Of a stretch of DNA of 64,000 nt, positions 1 through 9,749 are shown piece by piece. Each line of letters begins with the position of its first letter. Position 1 is the stretch's first letter. The notes under the pieces were generated by a model that saw only the letters and a list, made by a program, of their open reading frames with translations, was not told the origin of the DNA and did not search any database. A program made the translations under genes and the position numbers. The DNA comes from Planctomycetota bacterium. GTDB taxonomy: Bacteria > Planctomycetota > UBA1135 > JACQFD01. The stretch covers positions 100,175-164,174 of the forward strand of contig JACQFD010000033.1 of assembly GCA_016200225.1 (NCBI GenBank). The letters run 5' to 3'.

Positions 1-3000
1 GCGCGTCGCCGAGGAACAGATACGAACGATTCCCGGCGTGCGGCACGTCCGCTCGCAATCCCGGTCCAGCGAGGCGAATATTCATATTGAATTCGCGGGC
101 GATCAGGACATGGACGTCGCGTACGCCGAAGTGCACGACCGCCTCGAAAAAGTAAGATCGCAACTTCCCCGCGGCTCGGACCGTTATATAATATTCCGCT
201 TCAGTCTCGACGAGAGCGCGCCGATTTTCTTCGGCGGGTTATTATTTAACTCAGATCCTTATGATTCGAAAGTTAATGATCTTTGCGAAAATGTATTGAG
301 ACGCCGCATCGAGGGCGTTCCCGGCGTCGCGCGCATGAATATCATGGGCATGCTCGAGGAGTCGATCCGCATTCTGCTCAACGTCGACAGCGTCCGCGCA
401 CACCGCGTCAATCTCGCCGAACTCGTTCAAAGACTCGCTAAAGATAATTTTGCCTCCCCCGCCGGAAAAATGGAGGAAGGCGGAACGAAATATTTATTAA
501 GAGTGGATTCGCGGTTTCAGGATTTGGATGAAATCCGCAATATACCGATCGGCAACGGCCTGCGAATCCGCGACATCGGGGAAGTCAAGCGAGTTCAGGC
601 GATCCGCGAATCGTTGACGCGCGTCAGTGATCTTAAGGAAAAGAAAATGAAGTATGCGCTTGTATGCGCTATATCAAAAGTGTCGGGCGCGAATACGGTC
701 GAGACCTGTAAACACGTTCTCGAGGCAATGAAAGAACTCGAAGCGCGACCCGACATGCAGGGATTTCGGTTCGATCCCTGGTTCAACCAGGGCGAGATGA
801 TCGCGCAGAGTTTAAGAAAACTGCAGGACGCATCGAAAGATGGCGCGTGGTTTTCGATCGCTATATTATTTTTCTTTTTGCGCCGGATTCGATTGACATT
901 ACTGATCGCGCTCGCGATCCCCGTTTCGTTATTGGTAACTCTTGTTTCATTATATTTCACGGGATCGTCGTTCAATATCATTTCGATGGCGGGCATCACG
1001 CTCGCGATCGGATCACTCGTCGACAACGCGGTCGTCGTCGTCGAGAACATCCATCGAAAAAAGGAACTCGGCGAATCGTTACATCAGAGCGTCATCGACG
1101 GCGCGGGCGAAGTCGCGGTCGCGATCACGCTCGCGACGCTCACGTCTATTGTTGTATTCGTTCCGCTCATATTCTTCGGCGAGGAGCGATCGTTAAAGAT
1201 CGCGATGGCGGCGCTCGGATATCCGTTCGCCGTGTCGCTGCTCGCATCGCTGATGGCCGCGCTCGTGTTCATTCCGGTCGCGCTCTACCGCCTCGAGCGC
1301 GCGCACGATTCGCGTTTTGAACAATTCCTGCGCAAGTCGCGAACTGTATTATTCGCTCCCGCGGCAATTATTTCGAGCATTCCGGGACGGATATTGCGCC
1401 GCGGAAAAGTAAGTTCCGCCGCTCCGGCCGCCGGCGCGCGCGGCGAAATCGAGTCGGTGACGGAGAGTTCGTTTGTATTGAGAAATCTTAAGAAATTTAA
1501 CGAATGGCTTCTCCGCTGGAGTTTACAACACCGGCTGATGGCGACACTTCTGGCGTTCGGATTCATGGCGTCGACGCAATTTCCGCAAGAAAGAGTCGAA
1601 GTCAGCGGCGGCGGCGGCGGCGATGGCGGCGGCGTTGGGATCCGCGTCGATCTTCCGCAGAATACTACACTTGAACAGGCCTCCGCCGAAATGGAGGTTT
1701 ATGAAAATCTCCTGCTCGCTCATTATGATGAATTTAAATTTTTCGATCTCGCGTCGGATTTCACGCGCACGAGCGGAAATGTAACAATCTGGTTCAGCCG
1801 CGCGTTTACAAAAACGGAACACGACGATTTGCGAAGACGCATTCGCGAGATTCTGCCGGCGCGCGCGTCGTCGCTGGCGCGCCTCGAGGAGAGCGGCGGC
1901 GGCGGCGAGAGGTCCGGCGTCCGATTTGTATTAATCGGCCGCGATTCGGATCAGCTCGCGTCCATCGGAGAAAATGTAAAGAAAACGCTGCAGTCGGTGC
2001 CGGAACTTACGAATGTCCGAAGCGAGCTCGAGCGCGGGCGCCCCGAAGTGCGCGTGCGCATCGACCGCGAACGCGCGCAAAAAATGTCGCTGAATCCGCT
2101 CGCGATTTCGGGCGCGATCGAATGGGGTCTGCGCGGATATATGATATCGCGCATGCAGGATCGCGACGTCGAACGCCAGGTGATTATACAATACAAAGGC
2201 GCCGAGGATTCGACGATGGGCGATCTCGCGGATACTAAAATTTATAACGACAAAGGCGTCGAAATGCCGCTCGCTACATTTGCGAAATTCGAAGTCGGCA
2301 AGGGTTACGGCGAGATTTTCCGCCGCGATGGGCGGACCTCGCTCGCGATTTCCGCGGATGTGTTATCCGGCGACGCAAAAACCGCATTCGCGAAATCGCG
2401 CGAAGCGCTCGCGCCATTATTATTAGAATTGCCCCGCGAAGTCACGCTCGACGAGGAGGGCGCGCTTCAAGACTACGAAAAAGACGCGAAGGAGATCCTG
2501 ATCGCGCTAATGCTTTCGATTCTCCTCGTTTATGTAGTCATGGCCGTGATGTTCGAGGATTTCGTCCTGCCGTTTTCCATTATTGTAACAATTCCATTCG
2601 CGTTTTTTGGAGCGTACTGGACTCTTTATTTAACAAAAACGCCGATGGACCAGCTCGGATTGCTGGGAATGATCGTGCTGGTCGGCGTCGTCGTGAACCA
2701 CGGCGTCGTGCTCGTCGATCATATTAATTTTCTGCGCGTCCGCGAAAAACTCGATCGGACCACGGCGGTCGTCCGCGGTTCGCGCGACCGGCTTCGCCCC
2801 GTATTGATGACATCGCTGGCGACGATCGTCGGACTCGTTCCGATGGCGCTCGCCGACGACAGTTCCGGCCAGGGGATTTCTTATAAAGTGCTCGCGATCG
2901 CGGTCTGCGGCGGTCTTGCGACCTGCACATTCTTTACATTATGGGTCGTGCCGCTCAGTTATACATTATTCGACGATCTGAGCGTCGCGATTGGCCGCAG

Positions 3001-3088
3001 TTTGAAAGCCGCGGTCGCGCCATTGATAAAGAACACCGCGACGAATGCAAATATAGCTATTTCTTCTCGCGCGGTTGATCCGGTATGA
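1..3088 (+). CDS. RND (AcrB/HAE-type) efflux transporter permease, 5'-truncated by the window edge
   Basis: The frame is open from nt 2 with no upstream stop, so the gene starts left of the window. Two-halved RND layout with large periplasmic loops and TM clusters. Motifs 'AGITLAIGSLVDNAVVVVENI' and 'LGLLGMIVLVGVVVNHGVVLVDHI' are typical of RND TM4/TM10 regions. TGA stop at 3086-3088. Confidence 0.88.
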   Translation, partial: RVAEEQIRTIPGVRHVRSQSRSSEANIHIEFAGDQDMDVAYAEVHDRLEKVRSQLPRGSDRYIIFRFSLDESAPIFFGGLLFNSDPYDSKVNDLCENVLRRRIEGVPGVARMNIMGMLEESIRILLNVDSVRAHRVNLAELVQRLAKDNFASPAGKMEEGGTKYLLRVDSRFQDLDEIRNIPIGNGLRIRDIGEVKRVQAIRESLTRVSDLKEKKMKYALVCAISKVSGANTVETCKHVLEAMKELEARPDMQGFRFDPWFNQGEMIAQSLRKLQDASKDGAWFSIAILFFFLRRIRLTLLIALAIPVSLLVTLVSLYFTGSSFNIISMAGITLAIGSLVDNAVVVVENIHRKKELGESLHQSVIDGAGEVAVAITLATLTSIVVFVPLIFFGEERSLKIAMAALGYPFAVSLLASLMAALVFIPVALYRLERAHDSRFEQFLRKSRTVLFAPAAIISSIPGRILRRGKVSSAAPAAGARGEIESVTESSFVLRNLKKFNEWLLRWSLQHRLMATLLAFGFMASTQFPQERVEVSGGGGGDGGGVGIRVDLPQNTTLEQASAEMEVYENLLLAHYDEFKFFDLASDFTRTSGNVTIWFSRAFTKTEHDDLRRRIREILPARASSLARLEESGGGGERSGVRFVLIGRDSDQLASIGENVKKTLQSVPELTNVRSELERGRPEVRVRIDRERAQKMSLNPLAISGAIEWGLRGYMISRMQDRDVERQVIIQYKGAEDSTMGDLADTKIYNDKGVEMPLATFAKFEVGKGYGEIFRRDGRTSLAISADVLSGDAKTAFAKSREALAPLLLELPREVTLDEEGALQDYEKDAKEILIALMLSILLVYVVMAVMFEDFVLPFSIIVTIPFAFFGAYWTLYLTKTPMDQLGLLGMIVLVGVVVNHGVVLVDHINFLRVREKLDRTTAVVRGSRDRLRPVLMTSLATIVGLVPMALADDSSGQGISYKVLAIAVCGGLATCTFFTLWVVPLSYTLFDDLSVAIGRSLKAAVAPLIKNTATNANIAISSRAVDPV

Positions 3089-3833
3089 GAGTTAAATTAT
3101 CCGGCAGCGAGAGTTCTATTTGATCGACGCCCTTGTCGGTGATGCGCTTCCAAACGCTCGAGACGTCCTTCCATGGAACGACCGACGAACTAATAGAAAA
3201 CGTCGCGACGCGCTCGGAACCTTTTGGCGGAATGTTCTTCTTCCAAATTTGATCGACGCGATTCACGACTTCGTCCTCCGTCGAAACTTCGCGAAGTTCC
3301 GGCTTGTCGGGAGCCCGGCTGACCGCCCGAACGACGCCGTGCCCTTCGACAAACGTTAACAAAAGTCGAACCGTGTCGAGTCTGTCGACTTTCTTTACAT
3401 GTTCGAGCGTCGGAACGGAATATGAAAAAGTTGCCGCGCCGGTAAATTCGAAATTATGAAACTTGGCGACGACGAACGCTTCGATGATCGTATGAATAAA
3501 TCCAAACGGCGCGCCCGGATCCGCGTCGACCAAGATCGTCGTTTCGCAAATGGCTTCGTCGAATTTCGGAGCCTTTGGCGCGAGACCGAGAACGTTTAAC
3601 TTATATTCGGCCTCCTTTTCCTTGGCATAGTTCCGGATCTGCACGCTTCCATATTTCAATTCGCCGGAACTGACGTTCCAAATCGGTTTTTTTTCCTCGC
3701 CGGTGCGGAATATCTTGAATGCGATCGCCGGATGCGAATCGGGCTTGCTCGCAGGCGGCGCCGCCTGCGCGAAAAGCGCGGAATTCATAAGTAATATAAT
3801 AAAAAAGCCGGCGGCTGGTCTTTGTAAATTCAT
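3057..3833 (-). CDS. hypothetical secreted protein
   Basis: ORF 3057..3920. The internal ATG at 3833 gives a signal-peptide-like N-terminus 'MNLQRPAAGFFIILLMNSALFAQA'. I recognise no family. Start uncertain. Confidence 0.45.
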   Translation of the reverse strand: MNLQRPAAGFFIILLMNSALFAQAAPPASKPDSHPAIAFKIFRTGEEKKPIWNVSSGELKYGSVQIRNYAKEKEAEYKLNVLGLAPKAPKFDEAICETTILVDADPGAPFGFIHTIIEAFVVAKFHNFEFTGAATFSYSVPTLEHVKKVDRLDTVRLLLTFVEGHGVVRAVSRAPDKPELREVSTEDEVVNRVDQIWKKNIPPKGSERVATFSISSSVVPWKDVSSVWKRITDKGVDQIELSLPDNLTLIPDQPREKK

Positions 3834-3930
3834 AAATAAGTCGGGATGGTCGCGGTCGGCGCTGTTTCTGGAATTAATATGGGAGTCGGTAATATTGCGC
3901 ACCAGTAATATTGCGCGCAAGTTGCGGACG

Positions 3931-4983
3931 TCAATGCACGGGAATTTCGATTCGGCTCCAATTTAGAATCGGATCGAGGCCGTATCGGGCGTCCATCAAC
4001 TCGACGCGCGTCGCGTGGCCGTCAGGAGTTCGGGATACGAATGCCACGGGGTGGCGCGCGAACCTGCGCCAGACCGTACCTTCGAAGCCCTGCGCGGCGA
4101 CGACGACTTCTGGCAATTTCGTGTTTTTCACGACGCGCGATTGAGTCCAGTCCGGCGAACCCAAGCGAAGCCTGCGCAGAATTACCGACGACTCGGTTTC
4201 CACGAAGACATCCCAGGCAAGCGGTTGCGCCGCCACCGGGTTTCGGGAACTCCGCAAGACGTGTTCATCGCCCTCGATGTGCGCCGCGACGCTGGCAACG
4301 GTCTCCGACTCCGCGCGGTGTCCGAGCGCCGCCATTGCCGCGATATAAATAAAGAACAGGACGCCCATTGCGGCGATCACCGAATTTGCGCGGTTCGCGC
4401 CGAACCGGCACCGGCGTAATGCATAGATTTCGATCAGTGTGAATGGCCAATATAATAATAACGGGACAGGCGCGCGGCTCGAGAAATAAATAATCGCCGT
4501 CGTCGATGCGGCGATTATCATTAGAATCCAGCGCTCCAGCCGCGAGACTTCGCCCGCGACGGCCGCGGCGCCTCCGAAGAGAATCCATAAATACGGATCG
4601 ATAATAAAAACCATGTCTCCGTAATAACAATGATCCGAAAACGGCAGCCACGGCCGGATTCCGTAGCTATTTAAATAATCGAGCGCGGGGTGCGAGAGGA
4701 GTCCGACGGACGCGGCCAGCCAGATCGCCGGACGCACGCCGCGGGCGGAACCGATGACTAACAATGCGCCGAGCACGAGCCACTCGACCGCGATGCCGGC
4801 CAGCGAATGCGAAATCCCGCGATGTTGGAGCATGTACGTCGGGGTCCCCATGGCGAGCGTCACGGCGTCGAGATCCGGCAAGTTTGCGCCGATGAGCAGC
4901 GCCCATTTCGCGCGCGGCGACGTATTTCCAAGACGCGTCTTCGAGAGCGCGAGCCCAAGGAGGGTGTGCGTGAAGTTGTCCAC
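3931..4983 (-). CDS. membrane-bound metal-dependent hydrolase (YdjM/DUF457-like) with extra C-terminal domain
   Basis: N-terminus 'MDNFTHTLLGLAL...ANLPDLD...HRGISHSL' matches the YdjM-type His motifs. Several hydrophobic helices are followed by a roughly 130-aa soluble tail. Confidence 0.65.
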   Translation of the reverse strand: MDNFTHTLLGLALSKTRLGNTSPRAKWALLIGANLPDLDAVTLAMGTPTYMLQHRGISHSLAGIAVEWLVLGALLVIGSARGVRPAIWLAASVGLLSHPALDYLNSYGIRPWLPFSDHCYYGDMVFIIDPYLWILFGGAAAVAGEVSRLERWILMIIAASTTAIIYFSSRAPVPLLLYWPFTLIEIYALRRCRFGANRANSVIAAMGVLFFIYIAAMAALGHRAESETVASVAAHIEGDEHVLRSSRNPVAAQPLAWDVFVETESSVILRRLRLGSPDWTQSRVVKNTKLPEVVVAAQGFEGTVWRRFARHPVAFVSRTPDGHATRVELMDARYGLDPILNWSRIEIPVH

Positions 4984-5091
4984 GGGCGGATCTTTTTACC
5001 AAAAACCGATGGGGGTTCCGGTTCGCCGTTGTCGCGGACCGAGCCCCCCGTGTAATCTCCGTGACCGTTTCTTCTGCTCATTCATACAAAC

Positions 5092-5760
5092 GTGCCAACG
5101 ATTTTCCGAGGTGACCACGACGGACGCGACCGGCGATTCGGCATCGTCGTCAGCCTTTTCAGTAAAGCTCTGAAGGAGGGAAAGCCAATCGGCGAAGTGC
5201 TGCTCGAAGGCTGTGTGACGCGCCTCCTCGAGGCGGGCGTCGATGACGAGAATATTCATATTGCATATGTTCCGGGCGCGTTTGAGATTCCGCTCGCGGC
5301 GAAAGCGATGGCGGAGCACGGGTTCGAAATCGAGGTCGATGACGACGGCGGGACGATTTCGCAATCTCAATTGGATCAAATTAAGGAAATCGGCGCGCAT
5401 TTTACAAATGGCAACGGCCATAACATCGGCGACGACGAATCGGACGAAAATGAAATTACAATCGAAGGCGAAATCGTCGAACACGAGCACCTCGACGCGA
5501 TTATTACACTTGGATGTATCATTCGCGGCGAGACGCCGCATTTTGAGTATGTCGCGGGCGCGGCGGCGCGCGGCGTCGCGAATGTTAGTTTAACGACGGG
5601 CGTTCCCGTGATTTTCGGCGTGCTGACTTGCGACACCGCGGATCAGGCGCTCGCGCGCTCCGGCGGCGCGGCCGGACACGCGGGAATCGAATGCGCCGAA
5701 GCGGCTCTGGAAACGGCATCGTTGCATTGGAAGATTCAGGACTGGGATTCTGAATATTAA
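5092..5760 (+). CDS. ribH: 6,7-dimethyl-8-ribityllumazine synthase with a large internal acidic insertion
   Basis: Motifs 'RFGIVVS', 'YVPGAFEIPLAAKAMAE', 'DAIITLGCIIRGETPHFEYV' and 'TGVPVIFGVLT' match canonical RibH. The protein is 222 aa versus about 155 aa because of an insert at about nt 5320-5493. Conserved ribH-nusB synteny. Confidence 0.85.
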   Translation: MPTIFRGDHDGRDRRFGIVVSLFSKALKEGKPIGEVLLEGCVTRLLEAGVDDENIHIAYVPGAFEIPLAAKAMAEHGFEIEVDDDGGTISQSQLDQIKEIGAHFTNGNGHNIGDDESDENEITIEGEIVEHEHLDAIITLGCIIRGETPHFEYVAGAAARGVANVSLTTGVPVIFGVLTCDTADQALARSGGAAGHAGIECAEAALETASLHWKIQDWDSEY

Positions 5761-5783
5761 TTCAAGAACGGAAGAACGATCCC

Positions 5784-6326
5784 ATGCGTAAACGAACCCG
5801 CGCGCGCGAACTGGCGTTGCAATTTTTGTATCAAGTCGACTTATGCGGCGAAGAAACGCTCAAGTCGATCAACGATTTTTTCGCGAACGAAACCAAGGAT
5901 CAAGACGTCATCCGATTCGCGGGCGCGCTCGCGCGCGGCACGTGGGAATACCGCAAACACGCCGACGAGTTGATTTGTAATATTGCAAAAAACTGGGATT
6001 TGAAGCGCATGGCCGTCATCGATCGCAACATTTTGCGCATGGGCGTATATGAAATGCACGCGTACACGTCGACTCCCGCGAAAGTTATTATTAACGAAGC
6101 GATCGAGCTCGGCAAACGATATTCGACGCAACACTCCGGAAAGTTTATCAATGGAATCCTCGACCGGGCGATGGAGTCGGTCCGCGAAACGGCGCGGCCG
6201 GCCGGCGACGCGCCCGCCGCCGCCGATGTCCCGGCGCTCGATCAGGAGGAGGAATCGCAGCCGCAAACCGGCGTCGCGGGCGAATCGATGGAAGACGATC
6301 CGCTCCCGCGGGAATCGAATAGTTAA
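5784..6326 (+). CDS. nusB: transcription antitermination factor NusB with acidic C-terminal tail
   Basis: 'RTRARELALQFLYQVD' and 'INEAIELGKRY...FINGILD' are NusB hallmarks. It lies immediately downstream of ribH. Confidence 0.85.
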   Translation: MRKRTRARELALQFLYQVDLCGEETLKSINDFFANETKDQDVIRFAGALARGTWEYRKHADELICNIAKNWDLKRMAVIDRNILRMGVYEMHAYTSTPAKVIINEAIELGKRYSTQHSGKFINGILDRAMESVRETARPAGDAPAAADVPALDQEEESQPQTGVAGESMEDDPLPRESNS

Positions 6327-6337
6327 TTTAAGATAAC

Positions 6338-7273
6338 GTGGGGCTTTTTGACAAATTCAAGCAGGCGCTCGCGAAGACCAGCGAGAAAATCTCGGTTGGA
6401 ATCCGCACGATTTTGTCCGTCGGGCGCAATCTTGACGACACGACCATCGATCACCTCGAAGAAATATTATATGGCGCCGATCTCGGCCCGACGACCGCGT
6501 TCGTCATCGACGAAGCGCGAAAGTCTTATAAATTAAGATATCTGACGCGCGTCGACCAGATTCCTGAATTCTTACATAAACAGCTCGTCGGCCGGCTCGA
6601 AGGCTGCGGCGGGATTCTTAAGATCGCGCCATCCAAACCGACGGTCATTCTCGTCTGCGGCGTGAACGGATCGGGAAAGACGACCTCGATCGCGAAACTC
6701 GCGAATTATCTTAAAAAACAGGGCCATTCGATCGTGCTCGGCGCGGGAGACACATTTCGCGCGGCGGCCGTCGAACAATTAACAATTTGGGCCGAGCGCG
6801 CCGGCGTTCCGATCATTAAACGTCCGATGGGCGCCGATCCTGCGTCCGTCGCGTACGACGCGGTCGACGCCGGCTGCGCGCGCGGCGCCGATTTTGTTAT
6901 CATCGACACGGCGGGCCGGCTCCACACACAACAACACTTGATGGCCGAATTGGAAAAAATCACGCGCGTTGTTAAGAAAAGGGTCGAAGGAGCGCCGCAC
7001 GAAGTTTTATTAGTTTTAGATTCCACGACCGGCCAGAACATGGCGTCGCAGGCCGAATTGTTCTCGAAAGCCGCGCCGGTCACGGGACTCGTGCTCGCGA
7101 AACTCGACGGCACGGCGAAGGGCGGCGCGGTTTTCGGACTCCGCGAGAAAGTTAAGATTCCGGTAAAATTCATCGGGCTCGGCGAGAAAATCGACGATCT
7201 GGAAGCGTTCGATCCGAAGACGTTCGTCGACGCGATCGTGGAGCCGTTTCTGGAATTGCAGAATCAGAAGTAA
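6338..7273 (+). CDS. ftsY: signal recognition particle receptor FtsY (short form, NG domain only)
   Basis: GTG start. SRP GTPase motifs 'GVNGSGKTTSIAKLA', 'DTAGRLH' and 'AKLDGTAKGG'. Confidence 0.9.
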   Translation: MGLFDKFKQALAKTSEKISVGIRTILSVGRNLDDTTIDHLEEILYGADLGPTTAFVIDEARKSYKLRYLTRVDQIPEFLHKQLVGRLEGCGGILKIAPSKPTVILVCGVNGSGKTTSIAKLANYLKKQGHSIVLGAGDTFRAAAVEQLTIWAERAGVPIIKRPMGADPASVAYDAVDAGCARGADFVIIDTAGRLHTQQHLMAELEKITRVVKKRVEGAPHEVLLVLDSTTGQNMASQAELFSKAAPVTGLVLAKLDGTAKGGAVFGLREKVKIPVKFIGLGEKIDDLEAFDPKTFVDAIVEPFLELQNQK

Positions 7274-9660
7274 TGAATGCGCGGGCCGCCGGGAATGAAC
7301 CCGGCGAAGGCGCGTCGAATCCGCGCCGCGCCGCCGCGGCACCCATCATGACCCTCGCGACGAACGCGAAATTCGAGATTCCGAAAGGACGCGATGCGAA
7401 TATTTATGATCGCATCGCCGCGGGATGCGTTGTTTTCTTAGTGATCGCGGGCGCGTTTACATTTTCCCCTGCCGCGCCGTATCCCCTCGCGCTCCAGCAG
7501 CACGCGGCCGCGCTCGCCGGAATCGTATTATTCATCATCGTCGGATTTTGCGCCTCGGCCGGGCGCGGATTTCCGGTGCCGCCGCTCGCGCAGGGGACGC
7601 TTGCGATCGCCGGCGCATTTTTCGCGTCCGCGCTTTTATGTAAATTCGTCGCGATCGGCTATTCGCCGGCGCGGGCGTTTTCAGCGGCGGCGTGCGCCGC
7701 GGGACTCGTCATCGTCGCCGCCGCGGCGCGTTCGGCGGCGCGCGCGCATCTGGGAAACGTATTGTTATATTCGATGTGCGCCTCCGGATTTGTTATCATA
7801 ACGATCGGTCTGCTCGAGGCGGCCGGTTTCGATCCGCTCTCGACGGCGGGATTCTATAATTCACAGATGTCCCCCGTCGCCACGTTCGGCAATCCCGATG
7901 CGGTCGTCGATTTCGTCGCGCCCGTGACCGCGGTCGCGGCCGCGCTCGCGTGCGCGCGCGGCGGAGCTTCGCGGATCATTCTTATCATTGTCGCGACCGG
8001 CGGCGCCGCTTATCTCGGCCGGCTGGGAGTCCTCTTTGGCGCGGCCGCGTTCGCGGCGGGAATCGCGGCGGCATTGATTCTTACAATTCGCCGCGTCGCG
8101 GCGTCCGGCGCATCCGTTAAGAGCGCGGTTCAACCGACGATCATTAGTTTACTGATCCCGGCGGTTGTTTTTATAATATTCTTTCTTTCCCGCCCGCGCG
8201 AGAGCGAGCCGGCGCCGCCCGCGAGCGCGCCGGCCGCGAGCGCCGCGCATTGGCCCGTGCCCGCTTCGCTCGAAGTCCGCCTGCGCGTCTGGGGAAGTTG
8301 TATACAAGTCATCCGCGCGTTCGCGCCGTTCGGAACGGCCGTCGGCAATTTTTCGATTCCGTTCGCGGGCTATCGCGATCCGCGCGAAATCGCGATTTCA
8401 TCCAACTACCGGCGCGACCCGGCCGAGACGACCGTCGATTCCGCGCACAACGAGCCTTTGCAATTCATAACAGAAGCGGGCGCCCTCGGCATCGTCGCGC
8501 TCGGCGCGTTCGCGGTTGCATTATTTAAATTCTCGCGGCGCGGCGCGCTGCGCGCGACGCCCAACACGGTCGCGGCGGCTTCGGGCCTCGCCGCATTGTT
8601 TATTTGTTCGTTGTTTCATTCGCCGTTTTATGAGCAACCTTCCGCGGCGATCGCCGGATTTATATTATTAGGAATCGCGGGCGCGGCCGACAACGGCACG
8701 CCGGAGCGCGTCGGCGGCGCGACGGGACGCATGATCGGCGTCGTGTTGTTACTTTGCGCGCCGTGGGCGGCGATCGTCTCCGGCGGCGCCGCCGCCGCGG
8801 ATATTTATATCATCGCGGAGCGCATGGATCCACAACCGGGCGGCGGCAGGCTTTTGAAGGCGGTGGAATATAATACTACAGACGAGCACATTCCGCTCGC
8901 GCTCGCCGAAAAATTACAAAAAAACGGCGAGTGGAGCGCGGCGATCGCGGCCTACGCGAACGCGCTGGATCGCAGACCATTCCTCGTCGAATGTTTAATT
9001 CAGTCGGGGACGCTTCTCGCCAAAATGGGTAAATTTAAAGAAGCGTCGAATGCATTCGAATCGTGCATGGCTTTCGATCCCGAACATCCGGCGCTTGCCT
9101 ACAATCGGGCGTGCGCCGCGCGCGACCTCGACGACGACCTTTCGGCCATCGCGCGGCTGAAAGAAGCCGTCCGTTTCGGGACGGATCCCGGGATCGTTCG
9201 ACAATGGGGCGTTTGGTTTAACGAGGGTAAAAACTACAAAAAAGCGCGGCCCTACCTCGACGCGTGGGCCGCCGAACACCCCGCCGACGGCGACACGTGG
9301 TCCATGCTCGGAAACATATCGTTAAAATTAAACGATCGCGCGTCCGCGGAAATCGAGTTTGCAAAAGCGCACCGGATTTATGCTCTCGATTATTTGCAAA
9401 AAGGAAACCTCGAGTCGGCGGCGCGCTCGTCGCGCCAGTACCGGCGCTGGGCCGCGGCCGGTTCGGCCGGTCCGGACATCCTCGACGCCGCGATCGCATA
9501 TGCGGACGGCAAATTCGAAGACGCTCGCGCCGCGCTGAAACACGCGGCTGAATCAAATTTAACAATCGCGGCCTCGGAACTCGAAACCGCCGAATACTCG
9601 AAAATGCTCGCCGATCCCGCCTTCGGCGCGGCTGCGCGCGCATTGATCGTCAAAAACTAA
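7273..9660 (+). CDS. O-antigen ligase-like (Wzy_C) polytopic membrane protein fused to C-terminal TPR domain
   Basis: Many TM helices. Wzy_C-type motif 'SAHNEPLQFITEAGALGIVALGAF'. The C-terminal ~270 aa has TPR-like helical repeats. The start overlaps the ftsY stop (TAATG). Confidence 0.65.
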   Translation: MNARAAGNEPGEGASNPRRAAAAPIMTLATNAKFEIPKGRDANIYDRIAAGCVVFLVIAGAFTFSPAAPYPLALQQHAAALAGIVLFIIVGFCASAGRGFPVPPLAQGTLAIAGAFFASALLCKFVAIGYSPARAFSAAACAAGLVIVAAAARSAARAHLGNVLLYSMCASGFVIITIGLLEAAGFDPLSTAGFYNSQMSPVATFGNPDAVVDFVAPVTAVAAALACARGGASRIILIIVATGGAAYLGRLGVLFGAAAFAAGIAAALILTIRRVAASGASVKSAVQPTIISLLIPAVVFIIFFLSRPRESEPAPPASAPAASAAHWPVPASLEVRLRVWGSCIQVIRAFAPFGTAVGNFSIPFAGYRDPREIAISSNYRRDPAETTVDSAHNEPLQFITEAGALGIVALGAFAVALFKFSRRGALRATPNTVAAASGLAALFICSLFHSPFYEQPSAAIAGFILLGIAGAADNGTPERVGGATGRMIGVVLLLCAPWAAIVSGGAAAADIYIIAERMDPQPGGGRLLKAVEYNTTDEHIPLALAEKLQKNGEWSAAIAAYANALDRRPFLVECLIQSGTLLAKMGKFKEASNAFESCMAFDPEHPALAYNRACAARDLDDDLSAIARLKEAVRFGTDPGIVRQWGVWFNEGKNYKKARPYLDAWAAEHPADGDTWSMLGNISLKLNDRASAEIEFAKAHRIYALDYLQKGNLESAARSSRQYRRWAAAGSAGPDILDAAIAYADGKFEDARAALKHAAESNLTIAASELETAEYSKMLADPAFGAAARALIVKN

Positions 9661-9723
9661 CATTGAACGAAAGGTCGTTGGATCAGCCGCCGGAAATGAC
9701 GATGCCCCCGCCTGCGTTCCCGC

Positions 9724-9747
9724 CGCCGCGTGCGCGGCGATTTTTGT
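9724..9747 (+). terminator. candidate intrinsic terminator after the Wzy_C-TPR gene
   Basis: GC stem 'cgccgcg..cgcggcg' followed by 'atttttgt', 64 nt after the stop. The loop is very short, so the stem is probably shorter than drawn. Confidence 0.4.
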
Positions 9748-9749
9748 AA

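Noticed and set aside
4984-5091. I looked for an FMN (RFN) riboswitch upstream of ribH.
   Set aside because: The gap is only ~108 nt. None of the conserved RFN helices or motifs is recognisable by eye.
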